Shown here piece after piece: positions 23,969 to 36,795 of a DNA stretch of 64,000 nt. Position numbers and translations under genes: made by a program. This DNA is from Rhizophagus irregularis (taxonomy: Eukaryota). Position 1 is the first letter of the stretch. Each line of letters starts with the position of its first letter. The notes beneath the pieces were generated by a model. That model was not told the DNA's origin. It searched no databases and saw only the letters and a list, made by a program, of their open reading frames with translations. The stretch is from NCBI RefSeq assembly GCF_026210795.1, contig NC_089431.1, positions 62,001 to 126,000 on the forward strand, read 5' to 3'.

Positions 23969-24677
23969 CAGTCAACTCTTAATATAACGAAATTGGCATC
24001 TGGGCTGATACACTGATTAAAAACTAATATATCAGGTAGCAGATATGTATCAGATATGTACCTGATATGTGTAGTATTAATGCTGAAAATTGGGTACCCG
24101 ATATGTGTAAGATATGTGTAAATATATATATCATATACATATCGGGTACTGATATGTATATGATATATAAATGATATGTAGACGATATATATATTTACAC
24201 ATATCTTACACATATCGGGTACCCGATTTTCAGCATTAATACTACACATATCAGGTACATATCTGATACATATCTGCTACCTGATATATTAGTTTTTGAC
24301 TAGTGATAAGACCTTCGTTATAGGAATATTCGTTAATATGATGGAAAAATCTGGTATAACTCAGAAAATTTTTGTATATTATGAATTTATGATATATTGT
24401 CGTATAATAATTGTATCTTATAATGCAAAAACGCAAGTTACATAAAATATCTTCGTTATATTGAAAAAAAAATCGTTATAAAAGAAAATTTATTATTAAA
24501 AAGAGCATTTTTCATATATAGTTTATAAAATTTACTTTGTTAAACAGTATATAGCATTTAATTAGTAAAATTCGGTATAATGAGATTTTTTTCATATGTT
24601 AAAATCTGTACCATACTGAAGATCTGTTATATTGTAAAATTCATTATATCAAAATTCATTATAAGAAGAGTTGACTA
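23969..24677. mobile_element. pogo-like MITE related to the 14302-23474 element
   Basis: TA|cagtcaactcttaatataacgaa ... ttcattataagaagagttgacta|TA. Interior resembles 14302-14560 in reverse orientation. Confidence 0.8.
24011..24305. mobile_element. CACTA-like fold-back MITE
   Basis: cactg...tagtg ends, 3-bp TSD ata, ~120-bp near-perfect inverted arms built of gatatgt repeats. Confidence 0.85.
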
Positions 24678-25699
24678 TATTTATAAAATAAATAGAAAAT
24701 AAAAAAATTTTTGAAGCTGGATCTCGTATATTTTAATTTTTTTTTGCTTATAAAATTTTGTTTGTTTATAATAGTTTTATTTATAAAAATTTATTTTGAA
24801 AGTAACCGTAAAAAAAATCCTCAATTCCTTATAAAACTTCATAAAAACATGCAAAATATTTATTTACAAATAAAATTTCTTTAACTATTATAGAAAAGAT
24901 CTTAAAACAGAAGAATGAAAGTGTAAAAATGTAAAAGTATTAAAACATAAATCTCAATATAATAATATTTAACATAAATTTGCTTTTTTTTTCCTGTACA
25001 CCTGCAAAAATAATGTATAATGTATTATATAATGTGGTAAATAATGTTTTTGAGATAAAATTCTGTCCTTATAATAAGCGGTAAAATTGAAGCATGGATA
25101 GTGCAATACATTGTAATACACTGTGATAATTAAATCCTAACTAAATTCTAAACATAACAATGTATAAGGATGTACATTGCATACTGGTAGCTGTATCGAA
25201 CTGGTATATACTGTATTAGTATATACTGTATTAGTGTATTGTCACAGTTTAGAATATTTTCAATCATTTTAAGTTTTTATTGAAAAATAAAAAATTATTA
25301 TTCCATGAAATTTATAATCAAAAAAGTTATTTAAAATCAGTATGAAACTTTTATTTTAATAATAAAATTGGTATCATACTATGTTTGATAAATTTCATTT
25401 TCTTAGCCAATTGAAAATCTATAATAGATAAATCTACTTATTGAATAAAGTTTTTAATAGTTTCATAAAAGTTTGGTATTTTAAAATATTATGGCATTTT
25501 ATGTATCTGATGTCTTTTTTTTAACCATATTTCTTAAAAAAAAGATGATAGACATGGATAAAAAGAATGCTTGTACTATTAGATAGGTAAAATCATGAAG
25601 AATTTATTAATATGAAAGTTTTGATCAGATGAAAGAAATGATCTGACTATATATCAGATCAGATTAGATTATTCTAATGTTTGACCTCAAAAAAATTTT

Positions 25700-26290
25700 T
25701 TTTTAGCTAACTGGACAGGTTTACTTTTGATTCTTTTTTCTCTGAACTTTTGCACTCTTCTAAGAGTAACCTTTTAGCTTCTTGAACTTTAAAGAAGGTA
25801 TATTATTTTGTTTCATTACTAATTTCATTAAAATTTAGTGATGGCTCATTATAGTAAGTCTTTTCAGTTTCAGTTTATTTCATTTTTTTGTTATTTCATT
25901 TTTTTCATTATTTAAGTTTTGACTGCATGGCCTGGAATACCGGTAAGTTTCAGTTTTCTTTTTATTTGTAATCTTGTTTTTCATTAACTGAATTCATTTT
26001 ATTCTTATTATTTAGGTTTGAAACTTATCAGCTTAGTGATAATTATAAAGGGAGAGAATTTTTTTATCTTAAAAAACAATACTAATATTCGTTCTTTTAC
26101 TCTCTTTTGTTAAGATTTAAAAGAAATTGAAACAGGCCACTTGTGATAAAATAAGGTACTGTTTCAGAGAGTAGGATTTTGTTTGATATTGTTTTTTTGT
26201 TTAAGAACATCTACTAACATTCTTTTCTTTTTTAGGTTCTTTTTTGGCAATATTGGTGTGGATATGATCAAGAGTTGGTAAATATCCCAA
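25700..26290 (+). other. Degenerate micro-exon array
   Basis: Successive short exon-like blocks such as ttag|tgatggctcattata|gtaagt, taag|ttttgactgcatggcctggaataccg|gtaagt and ttag|gttc...gagttg|gtaaat, with ctaat/ctaac branch motifs. Confidence 0.5.
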
Positions 26291-27369
26291 TGCATATGAC
26301 ATCAAAATATAAATTTGCATTTCCTCTATGTAATATATGTCAAACTGCAGGAAAATTTTTTTTTGGAATAATTGAATCAAAACTAATAGTCGAAAAAGAA
26401 AGAAAGATTGTTAATATTTTGAAATATAAACGAACATATAATTGCAATAAAAGTATACAATTTCATTTTATACTTTCATAATATTAAATATAAAAATTTT
26501 TGGCCAAGATTAAGGATAATTCTGGCTAAAATTATGTTTGTTCGTTGTTATTCAATACTCCCACCTGTAAGCTTACATATTATGTTAAACACACTTTTTA
26601 ATTGTTCCGGCCTTATCAATTATTATATTTGACTGATCTCGTAGAAAATTCTTTCACTAATTTTATAGATTGATACTGTAAAATATAAATTATAAGAAAT
26701 ATTTGTGTATAATGTTTCTAGCATGACGAATATACCTACAAGTAATAATACGATAATTTATAAAATAAATTGTGAAGCTTTATATTTATTATGATAAAAC
26801 ATCTAATATACCGTATAGTAATTATAATAAAATTAAATGTTAATTTATAATTTTTAATACTATAGAAAGTTAGAATTTAAATTATATTTTGTCTTTAATA
26901 GATTTATTTATTTATTGATAGATCGATAACAATTCGGAATACTTAAAAAGAATTCTAAAAAAGATTTTTGATCGTTAATTTTAGATTCATCTAATGATAA
27001 GATTGGTCAATGATTTTCACTAAGTGCAAGAAAATTTTTTTTCAAGATTTCAAAAATTCTTTTCGGAGTCAAGTTATCTTAATTTATTTTGTGCTACATA
27101 CCGGAGTTACAATACTAAGTAGCCATCGAATAAATTCATTGAATTCTTCTATTGTCAAAACACCACATGATTGTAAATTCACGTATCAGAATGTTCTCAA
27201 TTTCACAGATGAAAAATTATTATTAATCTTTACCAAGTAGTATGTACCTTTGAATTGTTATTTCAATCAAAAAGTATATTTTTTTTGGAAGTAGAACTGT
27301 TAGATTCTTGCCTTAATAAAAGTTATGCTCCAACTCCCTGTAAAAAATTTTATCTGTAATAAATTTTTT

Positions 27370-27770
27370 ATAGGATCTTGTAATTATTTAACAAGATACA
27401 CAACAATTACAACTGAACTAGTAAATAAATGGCACAAGAATACTATTGCTGTAGGTTCAAGCTCCTTATATGTGCAATTCTAAGTACCACTAATTGCGTA
27501 ATTATTGGATACTATTAGCTGGAATGATCGGCTGAATAGGTCTACGATGAAGACCGTGTTCAAGATTTTCATAGCGAACTTATTATTTACCATAAAAATG
27601 GATCTATACCCTGCGATCGGATTATGCAGACCTCTGAATAAAATGAATGATGAAGCAAAATCTTCAAAATAATTTCATCTATTGCACCCGAAGTGTTTCA
27701 TACTCAAGCAATGGGTATATGTAGTTTTAGAATCATTATATAGGAAATTCTTGCGTATTACAGTATATTA
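27370..27770 (+). pseudogene. Highly degraded protein kinase fragment
   Basis: Residual GLCRP, IAPEV and SF-II--EI (SFGIIMWEI-like) motifs with many lesions. Confidence 0.55.
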
Positions 27771-30700
27771 ACACTTGTTGAATTGCGTGGAGAATCTTGT
27801 CAACATCTAGAATGACCTGGAAAAGAATAGATTCTTTAAGCGTTAATATCAAACGATATCAAATAATGCAAGGAATTCAATATTAATAATATTAATGCAT
27901 CTGTTGAATCTTTGTTAAACTAACAAATTGTTAATGCATTTTTTAACCCATCCATTTGACGCGAATACTTGAATTTCGTGAAATTGGCTATAAGTAACTG
28001 AAAAATTTAGTCATATTTAATTATTAATGTCGTGAAAGATAATAAATTTTCATAGTATGAAAAAAAAAATATTTCATGTAGTTAAATGTCACTATAATTT
28101 ATTTATAAAAATTATTTATAAATGCATTTATTAGTCATTAGTCATTACATACGAGAAAAAGATATTATCATTATACTTTATAAAGTACATTAGAAAAGTC
28201 CGTACCAAAATTGTTCATGTTTACCACAACTAATTACTATAAGCATTATTTGCATCTGAATTCATCCGATTTTAATTCTTTTTTTTTTCGAATAAAAGAA
28301 ATCTTCTCCCCGTTTCATTAATCTGCATACAAATTATATATACATATATTAATTTAGTATAGTTCGAGTATAACTGGAATAGTAGTTATTAAAATTTTTC
28401 GGAAAACTCCATTTAATTGTTGTTTCCTATAATATATGGTTATTGTGGTTATTGTTCAGTCGATGATGACCGATATTTTTATGAGTCATCCAGCATTAAT
28501 TTCTGATGACCGACAGTTATTGGATGGGGATATCGGTCTTCGACCGATATCTTTCTTTCCTTCATCCAATAACTATTTATTATAATATACTAAATTATTA
28601 TACGTAATAGAGATTTATAAAATAAACGTCACAATCACAAAGATAAGGAGAAAGATTGTAACGTTCCGAATTATGTTTATTCTATAACCGATATGTGGCA
28701 TTGTCCGAGCGGCTTGACCTGCATCATTTTCACGCCTTCATCATTTTATCATGCATGTTGTATTGTGATTGTCATAATGATAATATACAAGGAAACGAAA
28801 AAGGAAACAACACATCAGATATATTTTTACGCGAAAAAAAAGCGAAAAAAGAAATTTCGTCATCGTTATTTAAAATTTCTATTATAGTGATACAATTCAC
28901 GCCAAGAAAAAAACTACCAACACAATCCACTTGTGCATGCATGTGAACAAATTATATGAGTTTTTTCCTATAATTTAAATTTTGTTCTCTTCGGAAAGTA
29001 GTTGTTACCACGTAAAAATGTATGAAATGCGCAAAAATGCAAAATGCGTTAAAAATGCGTAGTAATAATTTTCTGTGAAATTCATTGAAGTTCCATGAAA
29101 ATCAATCCTGTATACCATATAAAGCGATCGACATATCATGCTGTTTCATTATTTGGTTTACAAGTTTTAATTGTATGTATAGTAGAATCGCAGTAATATT
29201 ATCAATGTAAAATGATTAATCATTTTAAAATGAAAATTATTCGACAACTATCACGTGGTTTGAACTATCCCTTAGCCGTTAATAGAAAATTTTCATTTTA
29301 TCGTTATATTTTATTGTAAATGACAAAAAAATATAAACCTAAAATAATTGATAGCCATTTTATTTTACTTTTAATAATAAACTAAATTGATACATTTCTT
29401 TCTTGTGATCTCTTCACACCTCTTTGTCACAATGAATTATAATATTAAATTAAAAATAATAAAAATAAAAACAATATTATAATAAATAATTTAGGAGAGG
29501 GAAGGAGGGAGAAGGAGGGGAGAGGAGAAGAGGAGAGAAGGAGGAGGAGGAGGGATAGGGACTACTCCTTAACTGTAAACATTTCCTAATTTCTAACTAT
29601 AAGAATCAACCACTCATTACGAAGAATAAAAGGGTGCATACTCAAATGATGCGTCCTAAATCTCCTTGCTAAACATAAATAAATAAAATAATTAGATTTT
29701 CGTGATTTAATCTTATCTCATTAATAACGGATTTCGAAGGTGTAAAAAATACATACATTGCACTATATGAATATCTTTACAAAATAAATCTTACCATTTT
29801 ATAAAATCTGATTATCGATTGATGCTTTGTTCACATTAATAAAACTGAAAGAATAAAAACAATTTAGTATGGATAATAATAACTTTTAAATTTTTTTTTA
29901 AAAAGTAAAATTAAAAAAAGAAAAAAGAAAGAAAAATCAGAGAGGCATTTTCTCAACAATTAAAATAAATTATTCAGTTTGAAACAGCCTTATGCAAAAA
30001 GATATCATCATTCATTCTTTTATTTATTATTTTTTTTTTTATATTTTATTTTTGAAAGAGAATAAAATTAGAAAATTATAAAATTACCTTAAAAAGAATT
30101 TTACGAAGGAATTTTTGAAAACATTTTATAATAAACTAAAATAGTAATAGATGGATTGTTAAAAAGAGAAAATGGTTTTTTTTAATCCGGAGAAAAGATT
30201 AAGAAAAAAATTTTTTTTGTCTTGTGATCATTGCCTAATAAGGATAATTGACGTAATTGGATTACTAATTCAACAATGACTGCGCTTTCGCTTTTTACTA
30301 TGGGCTAAAATTTTTAACTGGGTAGTAATTAGCCGAAATTAGCCGGAATAAATTTGGTGAAATAAAATTAGCCGAAATAATAATACTGAAAATTCGCCTT
30401 TTTGTGATATGAATAAGGTTTTTTTTATTATGATTGTAATTGAATAAAATAACTGCGCCAGTACTACGCCACATTCGCTCCTCTCCTCTCTTTTATGTCT
30501 TTATTCATCAGTTCATTTCCGTTCTTACTTTCCTTTTTTTCTCCTTTTCTCTTTTTGCCCTTTTCACCATTTCACGTCTACTTTACGATATTTACTATTT
30601 CATAATAAATATATAACCTTTTTCTATTTTACGTTCAATTTTTTTAGCCTTTTCAGCCTTTGCGTTTTTTCGTGATCCATTTAAAATTATCTTTGTTACG

Positions 30701-31746
30701 AAACTTGTATTTTAGTTGATCTTGACCAAATGCGATTGTTAAAAAAGATTTCACAATTCATTGTAATTTCTATAACTTTATAATCCTCCTGCATAAATTT
30801 CCTTAATAGAAATAATGGCTTTATGATAATCTGAACCTTCGCTGCTTTAATCTTTGTTTCTTTAAAATATTGTCTTTATATTGCACAAAGGAGCTTTAAT
30901 TTAATGCTGCATTAGTACAAGTTAATTAAGATATCACATGCATAGTTTTTTTTTTAGTTTAAGGGGAAAATTTTCTAAATTTCATTGTTAAAAAAGATGT
31001 ATGTTCATAATATTTTCACGACAAATTAAAAGTTTTAAACTTTGAAGCATCTAAACTCTAATCTTTTCCTTTTAAATGTAAATTATTTAAATTCTATTTG
31101 TCGCAATTAATCGGAATATGAACTATTTTTTTTTTGCGTGATTTTATTATTACTGAATTCGTCCGGCTTAAAATGTGATAAATATTTTTTGCTGTAATGT
31201 TTTGCATCCTTTGCGTTTTTTCATGAGAACATTAAATCAATATGATACTCCGGAATCCGGAATACTAATCATTTCTTTTGAATTGTAAAATTTTCTAAAT
31301 TTCTTTTAAATTTTTCTTTGAATAATTTTTTGGAAAATTGTGATAGTAAATTTTCCGTATCCAGTATTTGTCAAATTGTTCTCAAATATTCTGTGCATAT
31401 TGTTTATCGTTTAGGCCGAATTAAGTAATAAATAGAATGATTTTGTAGATTCTAGAAATTCTAGAATGGAGAAGTTTTCCAGAGAATAATTAGTCAGAAC
31501 GAATGATTTTCATTGTGAATATCATACTTTTAAAAGTAATTATTTTTATTTACCCTTTTTTGGAAGGTTCTTTTATAAAAATTCTGTATAAAAACGGCGT
31601 TTTTTTGTTCCAAATAATTTTTTTTTTTTTAAACTCACTTTTATAAATAAAAGAAATAACAGTGAAATTTTTTATAACAAAAATTTTGTTATAAAAATTT
31701 AAAAACCACTTTACTTTATTAGTATTTTCCGCTTATAAAAAAAAAG

Positions 31747-33252
31747 ATGGGTGTTACAAGAAAGAACTATTGTCCCGAGTGTCAACAATGTTTAGGAACT
31801 TCATTATATTGGTGTAAACCTTGTCAATCTACACAATTTGAAGAAAATTTTGATAATTGGACAACGGGAGATAAAGGAATAGATTATTTTATTAGAGAAA
31901 CCCAGTTAAATGCAACTGACTGTACAGAATATTTAGAATGGATTCCTTTCAATTCTTTTATCGGAGTAAGTAAATATGACGTATCTGAAGTAGGGACTGT
32001 ATATACTGCAAATTGGAAGAAAGGACCCCGAGATTGTTGGGATGAAAATGAGAAAATATACGTTGAAAAGAAAGAATTAATAAAAGTAGCATTACATTCT
32101 CTTGGTAATACTCCTTCATTATTTCTTAAAGAGGTGAGAATATTTTAAAAAGATAATTTTTATAAAAAAAAAAATTTTTTAAAAAATTTCAGAAAATATT
32201 AAAATTTTATTTTTATTTTTATGTTTTAGTTAAAAAGACATTATTATTCTCGTGTTAAAAGTGGTCTTATGATTCGTTTGTTTGGAGTTACTCGAGAAAC
32301 CGTAACAGGACATTTAATGATGGTTGCTGAAACAGTTGAATGGGATTTAAGACATTATGTATCTCATCATTTTGCTCGTCTTACTTGGGAACGTAAATTA
32401 TCAATACTTCATTCGATAGCCTGCGCTTTAGAACAATTACATAACGGAGAACAAGTTCATCGTGATAAAACAACTCATGGTAAATTCTTTAAAAATCATT
32501 TGGAAATTCCAGTAAATGAATTAGGACTTGGGGATAGTAAAGATCCAATACCAATAATAGGGTATTATAAGAATGATTTATTACCTTTTATGCCACCAGA
32601 AATATTAAGAAATGAAGGTTATACGATAAAATCGGATATTTATACTTTTGGTATTTTAATGTGGGAACTTTTATCAAATCGACCTCCATATTACGATCAT
32701 AATCATACAAAACTTATCAATGCAATCTTATATAATGATCTTCGACCAAAATTAAATACTGATATACCTGAATGTTATATTAATTTGATGAAACAATGTT
32801 GGTCATCAGAACCTTCTTTACGTCCTTCAATAAGAGATTTGGTTAATCAATTAGGTGAATGGCATTTATATAAAAAACAATCCGATCAATTTGATCGAGC
32901 AGAACGAAAAAGATTATCTTATATGAAATCAAAAGGTTTGGATACTTCTCCTAATAGATTAATAACTCCTCCAAAAATCCATCCTCAAGCTATTTATACT
33001 TCTCGTAAATTGAAATTCCCTATAATACCGTTAAATACACAGAAAATGCTTCGAAACACGACGACTTATGAAGATCAATCTTCAACAATAGATATGGCTT
33101 CTTTAATGGTTAAAGATGAAAGTTTCTTTATGAAAAATAATTTATTACAACAAAGAAAATTAGAGGATGATATAGATGAAGATCTTAGAAGGCAATATGA
33201 ACTATCTATTCCTTTTGACACACTTCCTCAAGATCTTTTAGTTACATCATGA
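31747..33252 (+). CDS. Tyrosine-kinase-like family protein, probable pseudokinase (469 aa; exons 31747-32133, 32230-33252)
   Basis: GT-AG intron 32134-32229 joins the two ORFs in frame. N-terminal CxxC...WCxxC/NWT-GD-IDYFI/LEWIPF module, then HRD, PPE, SDIYTFGILMWE and CW---P--RP motifs. Confidence 0.9.
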
Positions 33253-34294
33253 TATTTAATTTATTATTATTTATGTTTATTTGTATTTTTTTTATTTTTA
33301 TTTTTATGAATTTAATTTTATTTTTACGATATTAATAAAAAAAAATAATATGTTGAAGAAGAAAAAAAATAAATATTAAGAAAAACGTTTTAATTTTTAA
33401 TAGATTATATATAGCGTATTTAAGATGATAAAAAGTTTCATTAATATTACGAATTACCCTTTAATCTTTCGTATCATTTTTATGCTAAGAATCTTTTTCA
33501 ATTTTGAAAAATTAAGCGTTCGTTTCTCGATGTCAAAAGCTGGCGGATTTCAAAATCTCCCTTTAAAATATTTTGTATAATCATTATTTATGACTTTTAA
33601 TTCCAATTCACTAATTACTTTTATTATTCCTTCACATTTGAAAAGAACAGTCGACCTAAGCGTGATCTCGTGATTTGTGAAGATGGGGTGATTTACTACG
33701 TTTTGAGTCTAGCTTGTCTAGGTTTTTCGGCCCGGTCCGGCCCGTTCGCTTTTACAAAATTTTTGTTCCCTTTTAATGTTTAGTTTGATTGACTTTAACT
33801 TGTAATCATATGTTATTGTTGAGGATCAACTTCCGTAGTCAATCGACTTTAACAGTTAACTATTACCCTAGATTTGCCTATTGTCGACCATATTTGTTTC
33901 AGTTCTATTGCGTTGAATCAAAAGTCAACTATTGCATTTTTTAATCTCAAAAAAATAGATAAAATATGATGTGATACGTAATAATGATAATTCTTTTATT
34001 AGTTTAATATTCAGATTAGAAATTTATTAATAAGAAAAAATAAACTGAAATATATACTGAAATACTATAAATATGCTTAAAATTAAACTTTTAAAAAAAC
34101 GATCATTTAATCATCTGATGTCTCGTGACTAATGACATCATTGTGCACAGTAAAATTTGATTTATAATATAAAAATACTTTTGACTTATTTTGTTTAACC
34201 AATCTTTCGATTTTTCTTTAACCTTCCACTCATAATATACTATCAAAAATTTTTTTTTTCTAGTTTTTTTTGTTCAATTTTGTTCAATTTAACA

Positions 34295-34759
34295 ATGGGT
34301 AACGTACTTTCCTTAATGGATCAACCAGATGATGAAACTTATGCTCCAAGATATCATAACCCGCAGCAACATCAAACGCAATATCCTCTTTATACTACGA
34401 CTACGACAAGACAATCATCAGCACCATATCATAATATGCTTACATCAACTGAAGAAGAAAGTACCCGTCAATCATATGAACAATTAAGATATGAAAGACT
34501 TAGACGTGAAAGGGTTAAGCGTAAGGAACTAGAAAAATTTGAAATTGAACAAGAAGAATACGCAAAAAAGTTAAGAGAACAAGAGTCTTTAGAAAGACTT
34601 AGACTGAAAGACGAAAGAGAAAGACATAGAACTCATGATATTAATAACGACATGTCATATCAATTTAACAAGAAAGAACAAAATAAGGATTTTAGAAGTA
34701 ATCCAGATATAAGACAACATGTTGAATATGATTCATACGATAGGCAAATTAGATATTGA
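34295..34759 (+). CDS. Hypothetical 154-aa protein with MGxxxS N-terminus and charged coiled-coil
   Basis: ATG in aacaATGg context, coding-like composition, E/R/K-rich helical segment. A further exon cannot be excluded. Confidence 0.7.
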   Translation: MGNVLSLMDQPDDETYAPRYHNPQQHQTQYPLYTTTTTRQSSAPYHNMLTSTEEESTRQSYEQLRYERLRRERVKRKELEKFEIEQEEYAKKLREQESLERLRLKDERERHRTHDINNDMSYQFNKKEQNKDFRSNPDIRQHVEYDSYDRQIRY

Positions 34760-36795
34760 CGTACAAGACTTAAAAAGAGTCAGGGGCTTTATGCCGATAA
34801 TAATGATGATCAAGATATCAATTAAAGGAATACATGTATGTTATTATGTTATATTGTGTTTTTATTGTCATTAAATTATTATTGATTTTATTTTGAATTA
34901 TTTGATTTATTGATTTTTATTTCTTTTTTAACTCATATATTTTGGTTAAGGTCTTGTTCATTCTTGTTTAAAAATTTCTGAGATTTACGAGATCATAATT
35001 TTGTATAAACGATTAGTCGATTATATTATATATATATTATTAAAGTTATGTATATACTAAAATTTTTTTGGAATTGAATTCTTGATTTTTCTAACTTCAT
35101 TTAAGCGTTAAGGTGCGAGATTTTATTATACTTGAAATATATATATATATATTTTTATGCCAATAATTAGTATCATCAGTAAGAATTAGAATATTAAAAT
35201 TGGATTTATTGTAGAAAACTAAAGGATTATATTAAATATATTGTATTTCACCTGAAATATTTGATTTTTGTATAAAAATATAAAAGGGGGTGGGGAGATG
35301 TTTAATTATGTATCGTTTTCTGAGGGGTGTAACGCTATCATAATTTATATTGTTGTAAACTATATTTTATGATTTATGTCGCCCCATTAAATTGAATCTA
35401 ATATTGATGAATGCAATATTGGACAAGTAATCTTTATTTATTGTCTAAAAATAAATTTTAATCGTATTCGTTTCTTAATCAAAAATTGAGATTTTCTGTA
35501 TGAATATCATCATCATGTGCCCACTAATAAAAGTATAAATGACAAATATCAGTAAAGATAATAATTTGAATGATTCGGAAGGTTAAAGAATTAAATTTAT
35601 ATTGCGTCAAAGCATAGAAATTTATGTAATTTAAGTCTATTATTATAGAAGTGTGTGATAATGCATAGCAGCATCGCTTATAATTCTTTTATAAAGCAAA
35701 GTTTCATTATTTTTCTCTTATCAATGTTTGATCGAATATAGAGTGGTTTAATTTGTCCTTTTAATTAATGACAGAATCTGTACAATAGATGCGCCATCAA
35801 GCGCATGTATTCATAACTTGTTGGATTTTTTAATTTTTTAATTGCAAAAATTCATGTGTTGTTCCTTAAGCCTGCGTCAAATAACTGACGCGCGTCACTT
35901 GCCACATAACATAAAGATATAATTAAAACATTAAATTTTCAAATCTTAATAAATTTTTATTAAATAGATTTATTTATCACATTAAAAAATAAAATATTTT
36001 GATTTATTAAAACACTTCATTCAAAATTATCAAATTTTAAATTTTACAATATATAGTTTACGTTTACTTATATTTAACTGTAATAAAAAATATATAAGGC
36101 TTTATTGTGTGAAACAGGTGACGCTCGTTCAACACCTGACACGCGTCAGTTATCAACTGACGCAAATCGACACCAAGGCACAATATCAATTTGGTGTTAT
36201 TTTAAATTTTCGTAATTATTTGTAGAATTAAAATTTAATCCACATAATTCAAATTAACTATTACGGAAGAAAAGCTGGAAACATATTAATAATTATAGTA
36301 GTATTGAATTCTTATAGTTAAAATTATAATAATTTTTTGATCATTAAAAGTATCATGTTTCAACTACTGAATCAGAGGATTCAGACACAAGAATAGTTTA
36401 TATGGAAGATAAAACAAGTATATTGGATATGTGAAGAATGTAATTAACTGGTACAGGAGAAAAATGGTGCCAACCTTGTAATGCTAAAAGATTTAAAGAT
36501 AACTTTAAAAATTGGACTAGTAGAAATAAAGTTATTGATGAATTTATACAAAATCACAATTTAATGCTTTACATTATAAAAAATGTCTTGAATGGATGTC
36601 TTTTGAAAAATTTCAAAATATCACTTATATTGCAGAAAGTGGTTTGGTAAAATATTCTCAGCTGAATGGTCTGAAGGAATTATTACCAGGGTAATTTAAA
36701 TTTACTTTAACAATATTAACGAGTATATGATGGTTTTAGAATATTGTAAAAATGAAAATTTGAGAAATTACTTGAATAAATCTGAAAATTATATA

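Noticed and set aside
23890..24436. ORFs of 119 and 61 aa
   Set aside because: They lie across the fold-back MITE and the pogo MITE.
26275..26481. CxxC-containing ORF as a gene
   Set aside because: Too short, non-ATG start; at most an unassignable relic.
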